From NCBI RefSeq assembly GCF_009914755.1, contig NC_060934.1: DNA of 64,000 nucleotides. One strand, 5' to 3'. This stretch comes from the human T2T-CHM13v2.0 reference genome, Homo sapiens. The position numbers and the translations under genes were made by a program. The notes under the pieces are model-generated. The model had not been told where the DNA came from. It saw only the letters and a program-made list of their open reading frames with translations, and made no database searches. Below are positions 39,330 to 50,335 of the stretch, one piece after another (within the stretch, counting starts at the first letter, position 1; every line of letters begins with the position of its first letter).

Positions 39330-41840
39330 GAGAAAGATGCTATATTGCTGGCTTTGAAGATAAGGATGAAACCAAATATCCAAACCATGCAGACAATCTG
39401 TACCTGGAAAAGGCAAGAGAACAAATTCTCCACCAGGGCTTCCAGAAAGAATGCAGCCCTTCTCTAGGGTATGTTCCCAGGACTAAAATTCCCAAGTCAT
39501 ATGGTAACCTATATTTAACCATTCAAGGAACTCCCAGACTGTTTTCCAAAGTAGCTGTGCCATTTTACACACTTACAGGCAGTATATGAAGGTTCTAATT
39601 CTTCCACATCTTCACCAACACTTGCTTTTTCGTTATACTTATCCAAGCCATAGCCTCTGCCTATGTTTTCTTCTGAATTTTAGTTTTAGTTTTTTCATTT
39701 AAGTCTTTGAAGCACTATGAATTAATTTTTCATGTATGATGTGAGGTAGGGGTCCTATTTCATTCTTTTGCACGTGGATACGTAGTTGTCCTAGCATCAT
39801 TTGTGGAAAAGACTATTCTTTCACCTACTGAATTGTCTTGGCACCCTCATGAAAAATCAATTGACCGTAAATGTAAGGGTTCATTTTCTGAAATCTGTAT
39901 TATATTTCTTTGATCTATATGTATATCTGTCCACACTTTTGATTGCTGTATTTCTGTAACTGTGAAATCTAAAAGTGTGCATCCTTCAACTTTGTACTTT
40001 TCAAGATTGTTTTGGCTATTCTGGGTCCCTTGCATTTCCATACAATTTTAGGATAAGTTTGTCAATTTCTGCAAAGCAGCCTGCAGGGATTTAGATAGAA
40101 ACTGGATTAAATCTGGAGTATTGCTATCTTAATGACGTTATGCTTTCCATAAATATAGGATATCTTTCAACTTATTAGGTCTTCTTTAATTTCTTTTAAT
40201 GATGTTTTATTGTTTTCAGTCTACAAGTTTTACACTTTTGGGCTAAGTTTATTTTCAGATTTAAAAACTTTATCCATGTTATTATAAATACAATTGTCTT
40301 CAATTTTCAGATTGTTCATTGCTAGCATAGAAATAAAATTGCTTTTTGTTTATTGATCTTGTACCCTGCAATCTTACTGAACTTGTTAGCCCTATTAGTT
40401 TCTTCTGGTGGATTCCTTAAGATTTTTTATATGTAAGATCATGTCATCTGCAACTAGAAAAAGTCTTACTTTCTCTACAGAAAAGGGTACTCATCAAGAA
40501 CTTGACCATGCTGGCACTCAGTCTCAGACTTCTAGTCTCCAGAAATGTGAGAAATAAATGTTGTTTAAGCCACCAGTCTATGGTAATTTATTATAGCAGT
40601 CCAAACTAATTAAGACAAATGCTGAGTAGAGGTGGCAAGAGTGGTTATCCTTGTCTTGTTCCTGATCTCAGGAGGAAAATATTCAGTCTTTCAGGATTAA
40701 GTGCAATGCTGGCTGTGAGTTTTTCATAGATGTCCATGGAGGTTAAGGGAGTTGCCCTTTATTCGTAATTTGTTGAATATTTTATGAAAGGATTTTGTCC
40801 GGTGCTTTTCCTGCATCTATTAAGATCATCAGGCTGTTTATGAATAAAGGCTTTGAGATTTTTTAGTTTTCAATATAGTTACTTAGAGTTGAAAAAATTT
40901 TCCTCTAAGCATGATTTTGGCTGCATCTGAGAAGTTTTGGCATGTGTGTTTTTGTTTTCATTCACTTCAAAGTATCTTAGAATTTCCCTTGTGATTTCTT
41001 CTTTAACCCACTGGGTTTTCAGGAAATGTTATTTAATTTCTACATATTTCTATCTGTAAATTTCTTAAAATTCCCTCGGCCATTATTTCTTCACATATTT
41101 CTTCTATTCCTTTCTCTCTCCCCTCTTCCTCTGGAACTCTCATTATTTATACAGTGGTATGTTTGATATCCCATCAGTCTCTAAGGCTGCTCATTTTCCT
41201 TCATTTTTTTCTTTTTTTCCTAGACTGGATAATCTCAATGGACCTTTAAGTTTGCTTGCTTTCTTCTGCCAGTTCATATTTGCTGTTGTACCCTTGTAGT
41301 AATTTTTTTTGCTCTAATTATTATGCTTTTCACCTCCTGAATTTCTATGGATTCTTTTGAATAATTTTAATTTATGTATTGAAATTCTCCATTTCTTAAG
41401 ATATAATTTTCCTACTTTCATTTAACTCTTTTTTTTTTTTTTGAGATGGAGTCTCACTCTATTGCCCAGGCTGGTATACAGTGGCACGGTCTCTGCTCAC
41501 TGCAACCCCCATCTCCCGGGTTAAAGCGATTCTCCTCCCTGAGCCTCTCTACTTGCTGAGAATACGGGCACCCGCCACCATGCCCAGCTATTTTTTTTTT
41601 TTAACTTTTAGTAGAGACAAGGTTTCACCACGTTGGCCTTGAACTCCTGACCTCAAGTGATCTGCCTGCCTCGGCCTCCCAAAGTACAGGGATTACAGGC
41701 GTGAGCCACAGTGTCTGGCCCCTTTAACTCTTTAGGCATAGTTTCCTAGTTCTTTGAATATATTTATAATGGCTGATTTAAAGTTATTATTTAACAAGTC
41801 CAAAATCTAGGCTTTCTTAAGGACACTTTCTACGAATTGT
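39330..41840. mobile_element. Mosaic of MaLR LTR fragments (~39330-39460 and ~40480-40617, +) and old L1M pieces (-)
   Basis: MaLR motifs gctggctttgaaga...ccagaaagaatgcagccct and gaaataaatgttgtttaagccaccagtctatgg; L1 motifs taagatcatgtcatctgcaa and ccttgtcttgttcctgatct. Confidence 0.65.
41429..41720 (-). mobile_element. AluS
   Basis: Dimeric Alu flanked by tttaactcttt on both sides. Confidence 0.9.
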
Positions 41841-42018
41841 CCTTAATACAAGAGCACATCTTCGCCCTTCATCCTTAATGGGAATGATGACAAAAGCTAT
41901 TTTCCATTGCCCATCAGTGTTGGTGTTGAGTACTTAAAAAATGTGCTGGAACTTTTCAGAGGGCACTAGAGACAGGATGGTGGCAGCAGCAGTAGCATTT
42001 AAGCCTCCTGAGGAAGAG
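41841..42018 (-). pseudogene. Processed RPS18 pseudogene fragment (5' UTR plus codons ~1-46)
   Basis: Translation [44 protein letters not shown] versus RPS18 [46 protein letters not shown]. 5'TOP-like leader ctcttcctcaggaggc is present; ATG is lost; one in-frame stop; no introns. Confidence 0.88.
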
Positions 42019-42141
42019 CTTAGAGGCCTTTACTCCATCCTTCCAGAGGTGCTTCTTCCCTTGTTATCAGAAAAAGTCTGGAACATCTGAGAGGCTGTTT
42101 TAGTCAAAACTCCACCAGAAAAACACAACCAGTAGGTGAAC

Positions 42142-43957
42142 TTGTTTTATGAATTTGGTTCTCTTGTATTGGGTGCATATATATTTAGGATAGTTGGTTT
42201 TGTTGCATTGATCCCTTTACCATTACGTAATGTCCTTCTTTGTCTTGTTTGATCTTTGTTGGTTTAAAGTCTGTTTTATAAGTAACAAGGATTGCCAGTC
42301 TCTTTTACAAGAGACTAGGATTGCAATTCCTGCTTTTTTTTTTTTTTTTGCTTTCCGTTTGCTTGGTAAATATTCCTCCATCCCTTTATTTTGAGCCTAT
42401 GTGCATCTTTGCACATGAGATGGGTCTCCTGAATATAGCACACCAATGGGTCTTGACTCTTTATCCAATTTGCTCCTTTAGCTCAGAGGAGTTTATTACT
42501 CACCTTCGGAAGCTTACTTCTGTCAATTCGTCAATCTCATTCTCCATCCAGTTTTGTGCCCTTGCTGGAGAAGAGTTATGATCATTTGGAGGAGAGGAGG
42601 CATTCTGGTTTTTGGAATTTTCAGCATTTATGTGCTGGTTTTTCCTCACCTTCGTGGATTTATCTACCTTTGATCTTTGAGGCTGATGACCCTTGGATGG
42701 GATTTTTGTGTGTGGGCCTTTTGTTTATGTTGTTGCTTTCTGTTAGTGTTTCTTCTAAAAGTCAGGCCCCTCTTCTGCAAGTTGCTGCATTTTGCTGGCG
42801 GTCTACTCCAGACCCTCTTCACCTGGGTATCTCCAGTGGTGGCTACAGAACAGCCAAGATAGCTGCCTGCTCCTTCCTCTGGAGGCTTAGTCCCAGAGGG
42901 GCACCGGCCTGATGCCAGCCGGAGCTCTCCTGTATGAGGTGTCTGTTGACCCCTGTTGGGAGGTCTTTCCCAGTCAGCAGGCATAGGGGTCAGGGACCCA
43001 CTTGAGGAGGCAGTCTGTCCATTAGCCGAACTTGAGGGCTGTGCTGGGAGATCTGCTGTTCTCTTCAGAGCCAGCAGGCAGGAATGTTTAGGTCTGCTGA
43101 AGCTGTGCCCATAGCTGCCCCTTCCCTCAGGTGTTCTGTCCCAGGGAGATGGGAGTTTCATCTGTAAGCCCCTGACTGGGGCTGCTGCCTTTCTTTCAGA
43201 GATGCCCTGCCCAGTGAGGAGGAATCTAGAGAGGCAGTCTGGCCATAGCTGCTTTGCCGTGCTGTGGTGAATTCTGCCCAGTCCAAACTTCCCTGCTTCC
43301 TTAGCGCTGTCAGGGGAAAACTGCCTACTCAAGCCTCAGTAATGTTGGACACCCCTCCCTGCACCAAGCTCGATCATTCCAGGCTGACTTCAGACTGCTG
43401 TGCTGGCAATGAGAATTTTAAGCCAGTGATTCTTAGCTTGCTGGGCTCCCTGGGAGTGGGAGCAGCTGAGTGAGACCACTTGGCTCCCTGTCTTCAGCCC
43501 CCTTTCCAGGGCAATGAACGGTTCTGTCTCACAGGGGTTCCAAGTGCCACTGGGGTACGAAAAAAAACCTCCTGCAGCTAGCTTGGTGTCTGCCCAAAGA
43601 GCCGCCCGGTTTTGTGCTTGCAGCTCAGGGCCCTGTTGGTGTAGGCACGTGAAGGAACCTCCTGATCTGCAGATTGCAAAAACTGTGGGAAAAGCTTAGT
43701 ATGCAGGCTGGGTAGCACAGTCATGGCTTTTTTTGGCTGGAGGAGGGAGGTCCTCCAGCTCCTTGCACTTCCTGGGTGAGGCGATGCCCCACCCGGCTTC
43801 TGTTTGCCCTCCGTGGGCTGCACCCATTGCCTAACCAGTCGCAATGAGATGAACTGGGTACCTCAGTTGGAAATGCAGAAATCACTGCCTTCTACATTGG
43901 TCTTGCTGGGAGCTGCAGGCCAGAGCTGTTCCTATTTGGCCATCTTGCCAGATCCCA
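42142..43957 (-). mobile_element. LINE-1 (L1PA8-like) copy B: complete 5' UTR, ORF1 start, ~1 kb internal deletion, ORF2 endonuclease fragment
   Basis: 5' end with CAAGATGGCC (43938-43947). The junction at ~42472 joins the ORF1 N-terminus to the start of ORF2. Confidence 0.92.
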
Positions 43958-44107
43958 CCAAGTTTTTAATATTCAATTTTGTTGGCACATCTTGAAATGT
44001 TTCTCAAACTTTGTTTTATATCACAGCTGAGGAAAAACGTGAAGCAACTGTAGCTGAAGCCCACGGCTTTGCAGAAATTAGACTGTAATACTAAAACGAG
44101 GCTGTTT

Positions 44108-44307
44108 CAGGCATCAGTAATCCTTTGCTGTAAAGGGCTGGATGGTACATGTTTTGTGGACCATGATGTCTGCCACTGTGGCTTGAAAGCAGCCATAGAA
44201 AACATTAAATCAATAGGTGTGGCTATGCTTCAATAAAACTTTATTTACAATAAAAATCATTTTCTGGGTTGGATTTGGCCCTAAGGCTGTAATTTTCTAA
44301 CTCCTGC
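44108..44307. mobile_element. MER58-like hAT element, opposite orientation to the copy at 31955
   Basis: ctgtaaagggc...gtggctatgcttcaataaaactttatttac...ctcctg. Confidence 0.7.
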
Positions 44308-44404
44308 TCTAATCAATGAGAAGTTAACTTGTTCATATATTAGGAGAGAGTACAGAAAAAAGGGGGAGAAAGAGGGGGAGGGAGATGGAGATGGACGGGG
44401 GATG

Positions 44405-44639
44405 TAGCAAGATTCCTTATCTACAAAAAAAATTTAAAAACTTAGCTGGGCATGGTGGCATGCTCCTGTAGTCCTAGCTACTCCAAAGGCTGAGGAAGGA
44501 GGATCACTTGAGCCCAGGAGTTCAAGGATGCAGTGACCTATGTTCAGGCTACTGCACTCCAGCCTGGGCGACAGAGCAAATGCCCATCTCAAAAAAAAAA
44601 AAAAAAAAAAAAAAAAAGAAACAAAACAAAAAAAAAAAA
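44405..44639 (+). mobile_element. AluJ, partial, with a long A-tail
   Basis: Right arm plus a ~50-nt A-rich tail. Confidence 0.85.
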
Positions 44640-45263
44640 CCCTTAGTCATCATTGGGAGTGCTTCACTACTTAAGACAGTGGTTTCTAAATCTGGCCATT
44701 CAGAAGCACCCAGGAAATCTATTCATGACAGATTTTCAAGTTCCATGTCCACAGTGCCATTAAGTAGGTCTACGAATATTTTTATATTCCCCAGTGAGAC
44801 TCCTTGATTTAAAAAAATCAAGAGACAGTTAAAAACCCACAAAACTGTTGGACTCAGGGAAAGAATTAGGAAAATGGGATAATACAGATTAATTCTCATT
44901 AGGGAAATGGTGAGGTTCCAGGTCCATAGCGCATGCATTCAAATTCCACTCTTAGAAGTTGGGGCAGAGAGCTGAGTTCTAAGCTTAGCTTTGCCACTGA
45001 CCACTGTCTGACCTTGAAGAAGTCACTTAGCTTCTCTGGGCCAAGGTCTTCTCATCTGTAACATCTCTTCCAGCAACAAGTTCTATAAAACATTCTATAA
45101 AAACAAAGATCTATCACAGTAGATTCTGGAGAATTCTAATCTTTTGTCCCCTCTCTTATGAAATTAAACAGAGTGTTTACAGAGTGTTTGAGAGACAATC
45201 ACAGATTGGGGCATTTAATTGCTCTTTGGCAGGATTTTCACAGAACTCCAAAAGCAGAACTAG

Positions 45264-45652
<389 letters not shown>

Positions 45653-45874
45653 TAATTTTCAATGACCACTCTAGGTTAAATTAGCAACTGTAATTTTCCC
45701 GGGTCACTTCATTGGTCTTCTGGGCTACTTTACTATGACTGCCCCTTCAATTTGCCAACTGTTTATAAAGATACCAGCTCAGAATAATGAAAATATGGAG
45801 TGAAGGCAGGCTGGCCAGAGGCTCCATGAGGCGATGCAGGTGACTCTACGGGAGAGGAATTCACTATCTATTTA

Positions 45875-46155
45875 ATTATTATTATTTTTTTAAAAGACAA
45901 GTTCGCCCAGGCTGGAGTACAGTGGTGTGATTATAGCTCACTGCAGCCTCAAACTCCTAGGCTCAATTAGATCCTCCTGCCTCAGCGTCCTGAGTAGCTG
46001 GGACTACAGGTATGCACCACCACATTCAGCTAATTTTTTAAAATTTTAATTGTTATTTTTTTTTAGCAACAGGATCTCTCTAGGTTGCCCAGGCTGGTCT
46101 CAAACTCCTGGCCTCAAGTGATCCCCCTGCAGGTATGAGCCAGTGTGCCCAGCCT
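45875..46155 (-). mobile_element. AluJ with a small deletion
   Basis: Dimeric Alu. Confidence 0.85.
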
Positions 46156-46679
46156 AGCATAGGAATTCAAAAGACATGGCAGAGTTTCTGCCCTTTAGGA
46201 AGAATGACTTCTATGTTTTTAATATAGCAATCTATATTAATTTTTATGCTTTTAATATATCTATATTATAGGAAGGAATGGGGGCCAGTTATTTTCAGAG
46301 CTCGAAGAAAGATGCACGTGTACAACAGTCACTCCAATCACTGATTTTGTGCTATTTAAAAATTCCAAGAAAGGTTGTGTGCAGCGGTCCTGAGTCTTTG
46401 TTCAGCCTCTCGGCCTGTGTACATTTGCACACTATATACATCACCATTTCACAACATATAGTTTGTAATCTCTTGCACTTAACTCTTAACCACTGTTTTG
46501 AAAAGTGTTGTGCTCAGGATTAATGCTTCATACCAACTTTTGCCCTTCCATGAATTAGAAATAACCTTCTGGAACTATTGTGGATTCTAATCCAGGAACT
46601 TAACCAAAATGAAGGGAAAATGAATGTCCACATTCAAACAGTCCACAAAGAACATTGAATTAAAGCTCCCTGCTGACCA

Positions 46680-47620
46680 CAGTCAATTCTACAATAATGC
46701 AACATGTATGTTCCTAGAAATCACTGCTTTAGGCAAAGCTGCACAATGGAAATCACAGAACTTCTGGGAAAAATGAAACTAGGGCCACAACATCCCAAAA
46801 TGTAATGAGTCACACACTGAAAAGAAAAAGAAATCTAATAAAAACAGTAGCACAATTATAAAAACGCTAACTGGTTAGGAAATATTCAAAATATAAAAAC
46901 AGGGCAAGTTACCTTGAAAAAGATGTAAGGCACGCCTGTGGTTGTGGGCATCAGAAGGATGGCAGCTCTTGGGTTATTGTAAAGAGGAGAAAGGTGATCT
47001 GATGTCAGGTGGAAACGTGTAACTCCAGATATGAACGAGTGTAACAAATCACATGCACTGAAGTGAGGTGCTGGAGATGTTTGAAGTGTCGGTGTGTTGT
47101 GTTTCCCTATGCAGCTCAGTTGAGTGCAGTTCTCTGCATTCACCTAATGTTCCTTGCAGACCAAACGGCACACAAGCAATGTGACAAGTGCATTATGCTC
47201 AAATTATTCTCTAATATGGTGGTCCCCAATCTTTTTGGTGCCAGGGGCTGGTTTTGTGGAAGACAGTTTTTCCACGGACTGGCAGGGGGCTGAGGAGATG
47301 GTTTTAGGAAGAAACTGTTCCACCTCAGATCATCAGACATTAGTTAGATTCACATAAAGAGTGCTCAACCTAGATTCCTCCCATGTGCAGTTCACAATAG
47401 GGTTCGCGCTCCTATGAGAATCTAATGCTGCTGCTGATCTGAAAGAGGCGGGGCATAGGCGGTAATGCTGGCCAGCTGCTCACCTCCTGCTGTGCAGCCA
47501 GGTTCCTAACAGGCCATGGACTAGTACCGGTCCGTGGCCCGGGGTTTGGGGACCCCTGCTATAATACATCAGTTGCATTAGAAGAAAAATGAGTTATCAG
47601 AGCAAGTGCTATAGACAAGC
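46680..47620. mobile_element. Old Tigger-like element hosting the MER1B
   Basis: CAG-start end cagtcaattctacaataatgc, with a degenerate counterpart near 47570-47620. Confidence 0.4.
47217..47558 (+). mobile_element. MER1B-like hAT-Charlie element
   Basis: ggtccccaa / ggggacccctg termini and an 8-bp TSD ctctaata (47209-47216) / ctataata (47559-47566). Confidence 0.85.
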
Positions 47621-47901
47621 TGTCTGTGTTAACCTGGCACCAAGTGGAATGCCGTTAAGTCTGCTATCCATCAATGGTATCCCAAGGAAGTTTCAAAAAA
47701 TGGTGATACACATAGAATTAAGGTGTATCAAAGCTAAAAACAAAACATATGACTTTATAGGATGTTCATGGAAGAGATTCTTTTCCTCTACTTGTTCATC
47801 TTGCGGCAAAGTCAATTGTGTTGTGGAAGTTTGTTATTACTGATAAAATAATTCCCAAACTGAAGGCAAGGCTCTAGAAACTAAAAAGATTCAATTCCAC
47901 T

Positions 47902-47907
47902 TTTATT
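47902..47907 (-). terminator. Distal polyadenylation signal AATAAA
   Basis: tttatt on + strand, near the inferred distal end of the UTR. Confidence 0.65.
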
Positions 47908-48024
47908 TCTTCAAGGATTAGCTAAAGACACTGTCAGGACCGAGTATTTAAAATGTGTTTGGAACAGAGACACACAATTGGGACAGAGGAAAAAAGGATT
48001 CATCTTGTGAGTCATCAAAAGTGC

Positions 48025-48030
48025 TTTATT
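48025..48030 (-). terminator. Alternative polyadenylation signal AATAAA
   Basis: tttatt on + strand, with U/GU-rich sequence downstream on the minus strand. Confidence 0.6.
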
Positions 48031-49674
48031 TGTAAAGCCCGGCTCATGACTGGAGTGTATTGTTAGCACTAGGAGATAACAGGGCAAACGTCCTCACTCT
48101 GTCCAAATGGTTTATCAACAGAAATAAATGACAGACTGTTTGTTATAGACAAAAATAAAAGCATTCTGTAAACTTCTAAAAGCATACACAGATTGGCCCC
48201 CAAGGAAACAGTTACTCAAATAATGTATGTGTACCTTATCTTTACTTCAGGGTCTCATGGTTGTGGTCTTGGGTCAAACCACAGTAGAACTTCACAACAC
48301 AAAAACTGATCTGATGCCAGAATTAATGGTGCAGGGAAAAACCAAATCATAGTATGGATTACTTTAAATACATAAAAGATGAATCTGTACACTACGTGAC
48401 AGTGGTGTTAACACTGGCTGCTGAGGATACCAAATCTACATAAAATGAGTGGACAGTATACGGAGGGCACGACTGCTGGCTTCCAAAGACTCTGTGAACT
48501 AGATCCACATACACGGGGCACAACTGCAATCTGGACAGCCCTGAAGTAAAGTTCCTGGAAAAGGCAGTACGGCAGGGAGATCTGTTGAGTTGCAAGTAAT
48601 AATTAAAGGGTCGATTTTTGTTTGTTTGTTTTCTTTTCTGAAACTGCCCACAAAAATCATATCATGTTTTAAACAAGGAGTTTCAAAGGCATGGCTTTAG
48701 CGCAGCATGTAAGTGGATAACCTACTCTAAGCAAGACTAATATTTAAGCTCAATGCCTTTTGGAAAATGCAGGAGAGTTGGTAGATACATGATCTAGGTT
48801 GGAAATTTATAACTTGATTAAAAACAATCAGCACAGTTTAGGGCAATGAACTTTCATAAACCAGACTGGGGCGAAATCTCTTTTTAAAAAAATCAATCAT
48901 TAGGTTGATAAATGTACATTTGGAGGAAAAAAAATCCTTTTCCTTTTATTGTGAAAGACTGTCTACCATGTACTTTGACTAAAACACTCACGTAAAAACA
49001 TGGCTGCAGGATACGTCTCAAAATATGACAAACGTTATTTCACCTATACTGTGACTTTACATGTAAACTTCAAAAATCACATGCTGTACATCAAATTTTT
49101 AGATTCAAAAGATATCCCTGTTTTCCTAATAATGTAAACAGTAAAACTGAGGGTTTCAGTTAAAGGGATAATTCGTAACAAAATCCCATTGTTGAAACAA
49201 TGGTCAAACATAAACATCTTATAATTCAGATCTGCATTTGGTAACAGGAGAATTGAGAGTTTTGATGCTTTGCTGGTTTTCCCACAGTGGGAGATGTAGA
49301 TACCATTGCCCCAAACTATGCACTTTTCAGGTAAGCTTTACTTTTATTTTGTAGCATTAATTCCTATATTGCAACGTAAGGGTGAACAATGAAGGCTCCA
49401 GGCAAGAAAAGAGAAGTAAGCAGTTTTCCTGGACATATTGGCCGAGGTGAAAAATGTATAGAGAATCACTGGGGCATCAGCTGCTTGTTGCGGGAGGGGT
49501 GGGGGCTCTGGACACCAGGGGGTCCTGACAAGGCTGGGGCCAGAACCCTGAACCAGTACACACGGAGACGCCAGCATTCTTCCGTCCAGTGCTGGGGGCT
49601 CAGGTTATCAGTGTTAGGGAGAGTGTCTGCGTGCGGGGTAGAAATGGAACATTCGCTGTAGGTTTTTTCCTTGG

Positions 49675-50046
49675 AATCATCATCATTATTATAATAATCA
49701 TCATTATTATCTTCATTATTCTGAATACTGTCTCACATCTTTCAACTCCAAAAAAAAAAAAAAAAAAAAAAAACAAAACAAAAAAAAAAAAACTGATCCA
49801 CAGTTTGTTGTGTGATGCCAACACGGTGCCTGACATCATGCACTTCCTTCTCCCCTCCCCCACACGTGTGTTCATTCACTCACTCACTCACTCACTCATT
49901 CATTCGGCCATAGCTGGAATCAAAGGGTCTTTGTTGGGACACATACTGACCGAAGTGGATCTGTTTTAATTAATTTATGACTTTTAAAATGCACACGCGC
50001 GCACACACTCACCCCCCCCCAACACACACACACACACATATACACA
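49675..50046. repeat. Simple-repeat cluster in the 3' UTR: (ATC/ATT)n, poly(A), (CACT/CATT)n, (CG)/(CA)n, poly(C)
   Basis: Directly visible in the sequence. Confidence 0.9.
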
Positions 50047-50254
50047 AAGTCAGAAATAGCTAGAACGATGCTGGGAAAATCAGGTAGCTGTAAAGCGAGT
50101 AGCCCCCAAATCAGTCATCTTGGCCTGAAGATGTAAACAAGGAGGTTTGCTTCCTGCAAGATGAGTACTTCACTGAGTTTGGTTTTCATTTTTCCTACAC
50201 CGAAGCCACCTCTGTCCATCCAATGTTCATGTCTGTCCGAGGCTGCGCAGGAGG

Positions 50255-50335
50255 TTACGTCAAGATGTGGCCAATAAAGTCCAAAAAGCGCTTTGAATAC
50301 TGTTCTGGGTTCACGGTGGAGATCTCCGCGCCAGC
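50255..50335 (-). CDS. PIP4K2A: PIP4K2A exon 10 coding part (AGAEISTVNPEQYSKRFLDFIGHILT*)
   Basis: Acceptor gcccag|GCT, ISTVNPEQYSKRF motif, TAA stop at 50255-50257. Confidence 0.98.
   Translation of the reverse strand, partial: AGAEISTVNPEQYSKRFLDFIGHILT

Larger units (their letters stand above)
47885..50254 (-). other. PIP4K2A: PIP4K2A 3' UTR (~2.3 kb; distal end approximate)
   Basis: AT-rich stretch free of recognisable transposons after the stop codon, ending at minus-strand AATAAA signals just before the transposon-rich region resumes. Confidence 0.8.

Noticed and set aside
49589-49969. Poly-Ile/poly-Lys ORF
   Set aside because: Antisense translation of simple repeats in the 3' UTR.
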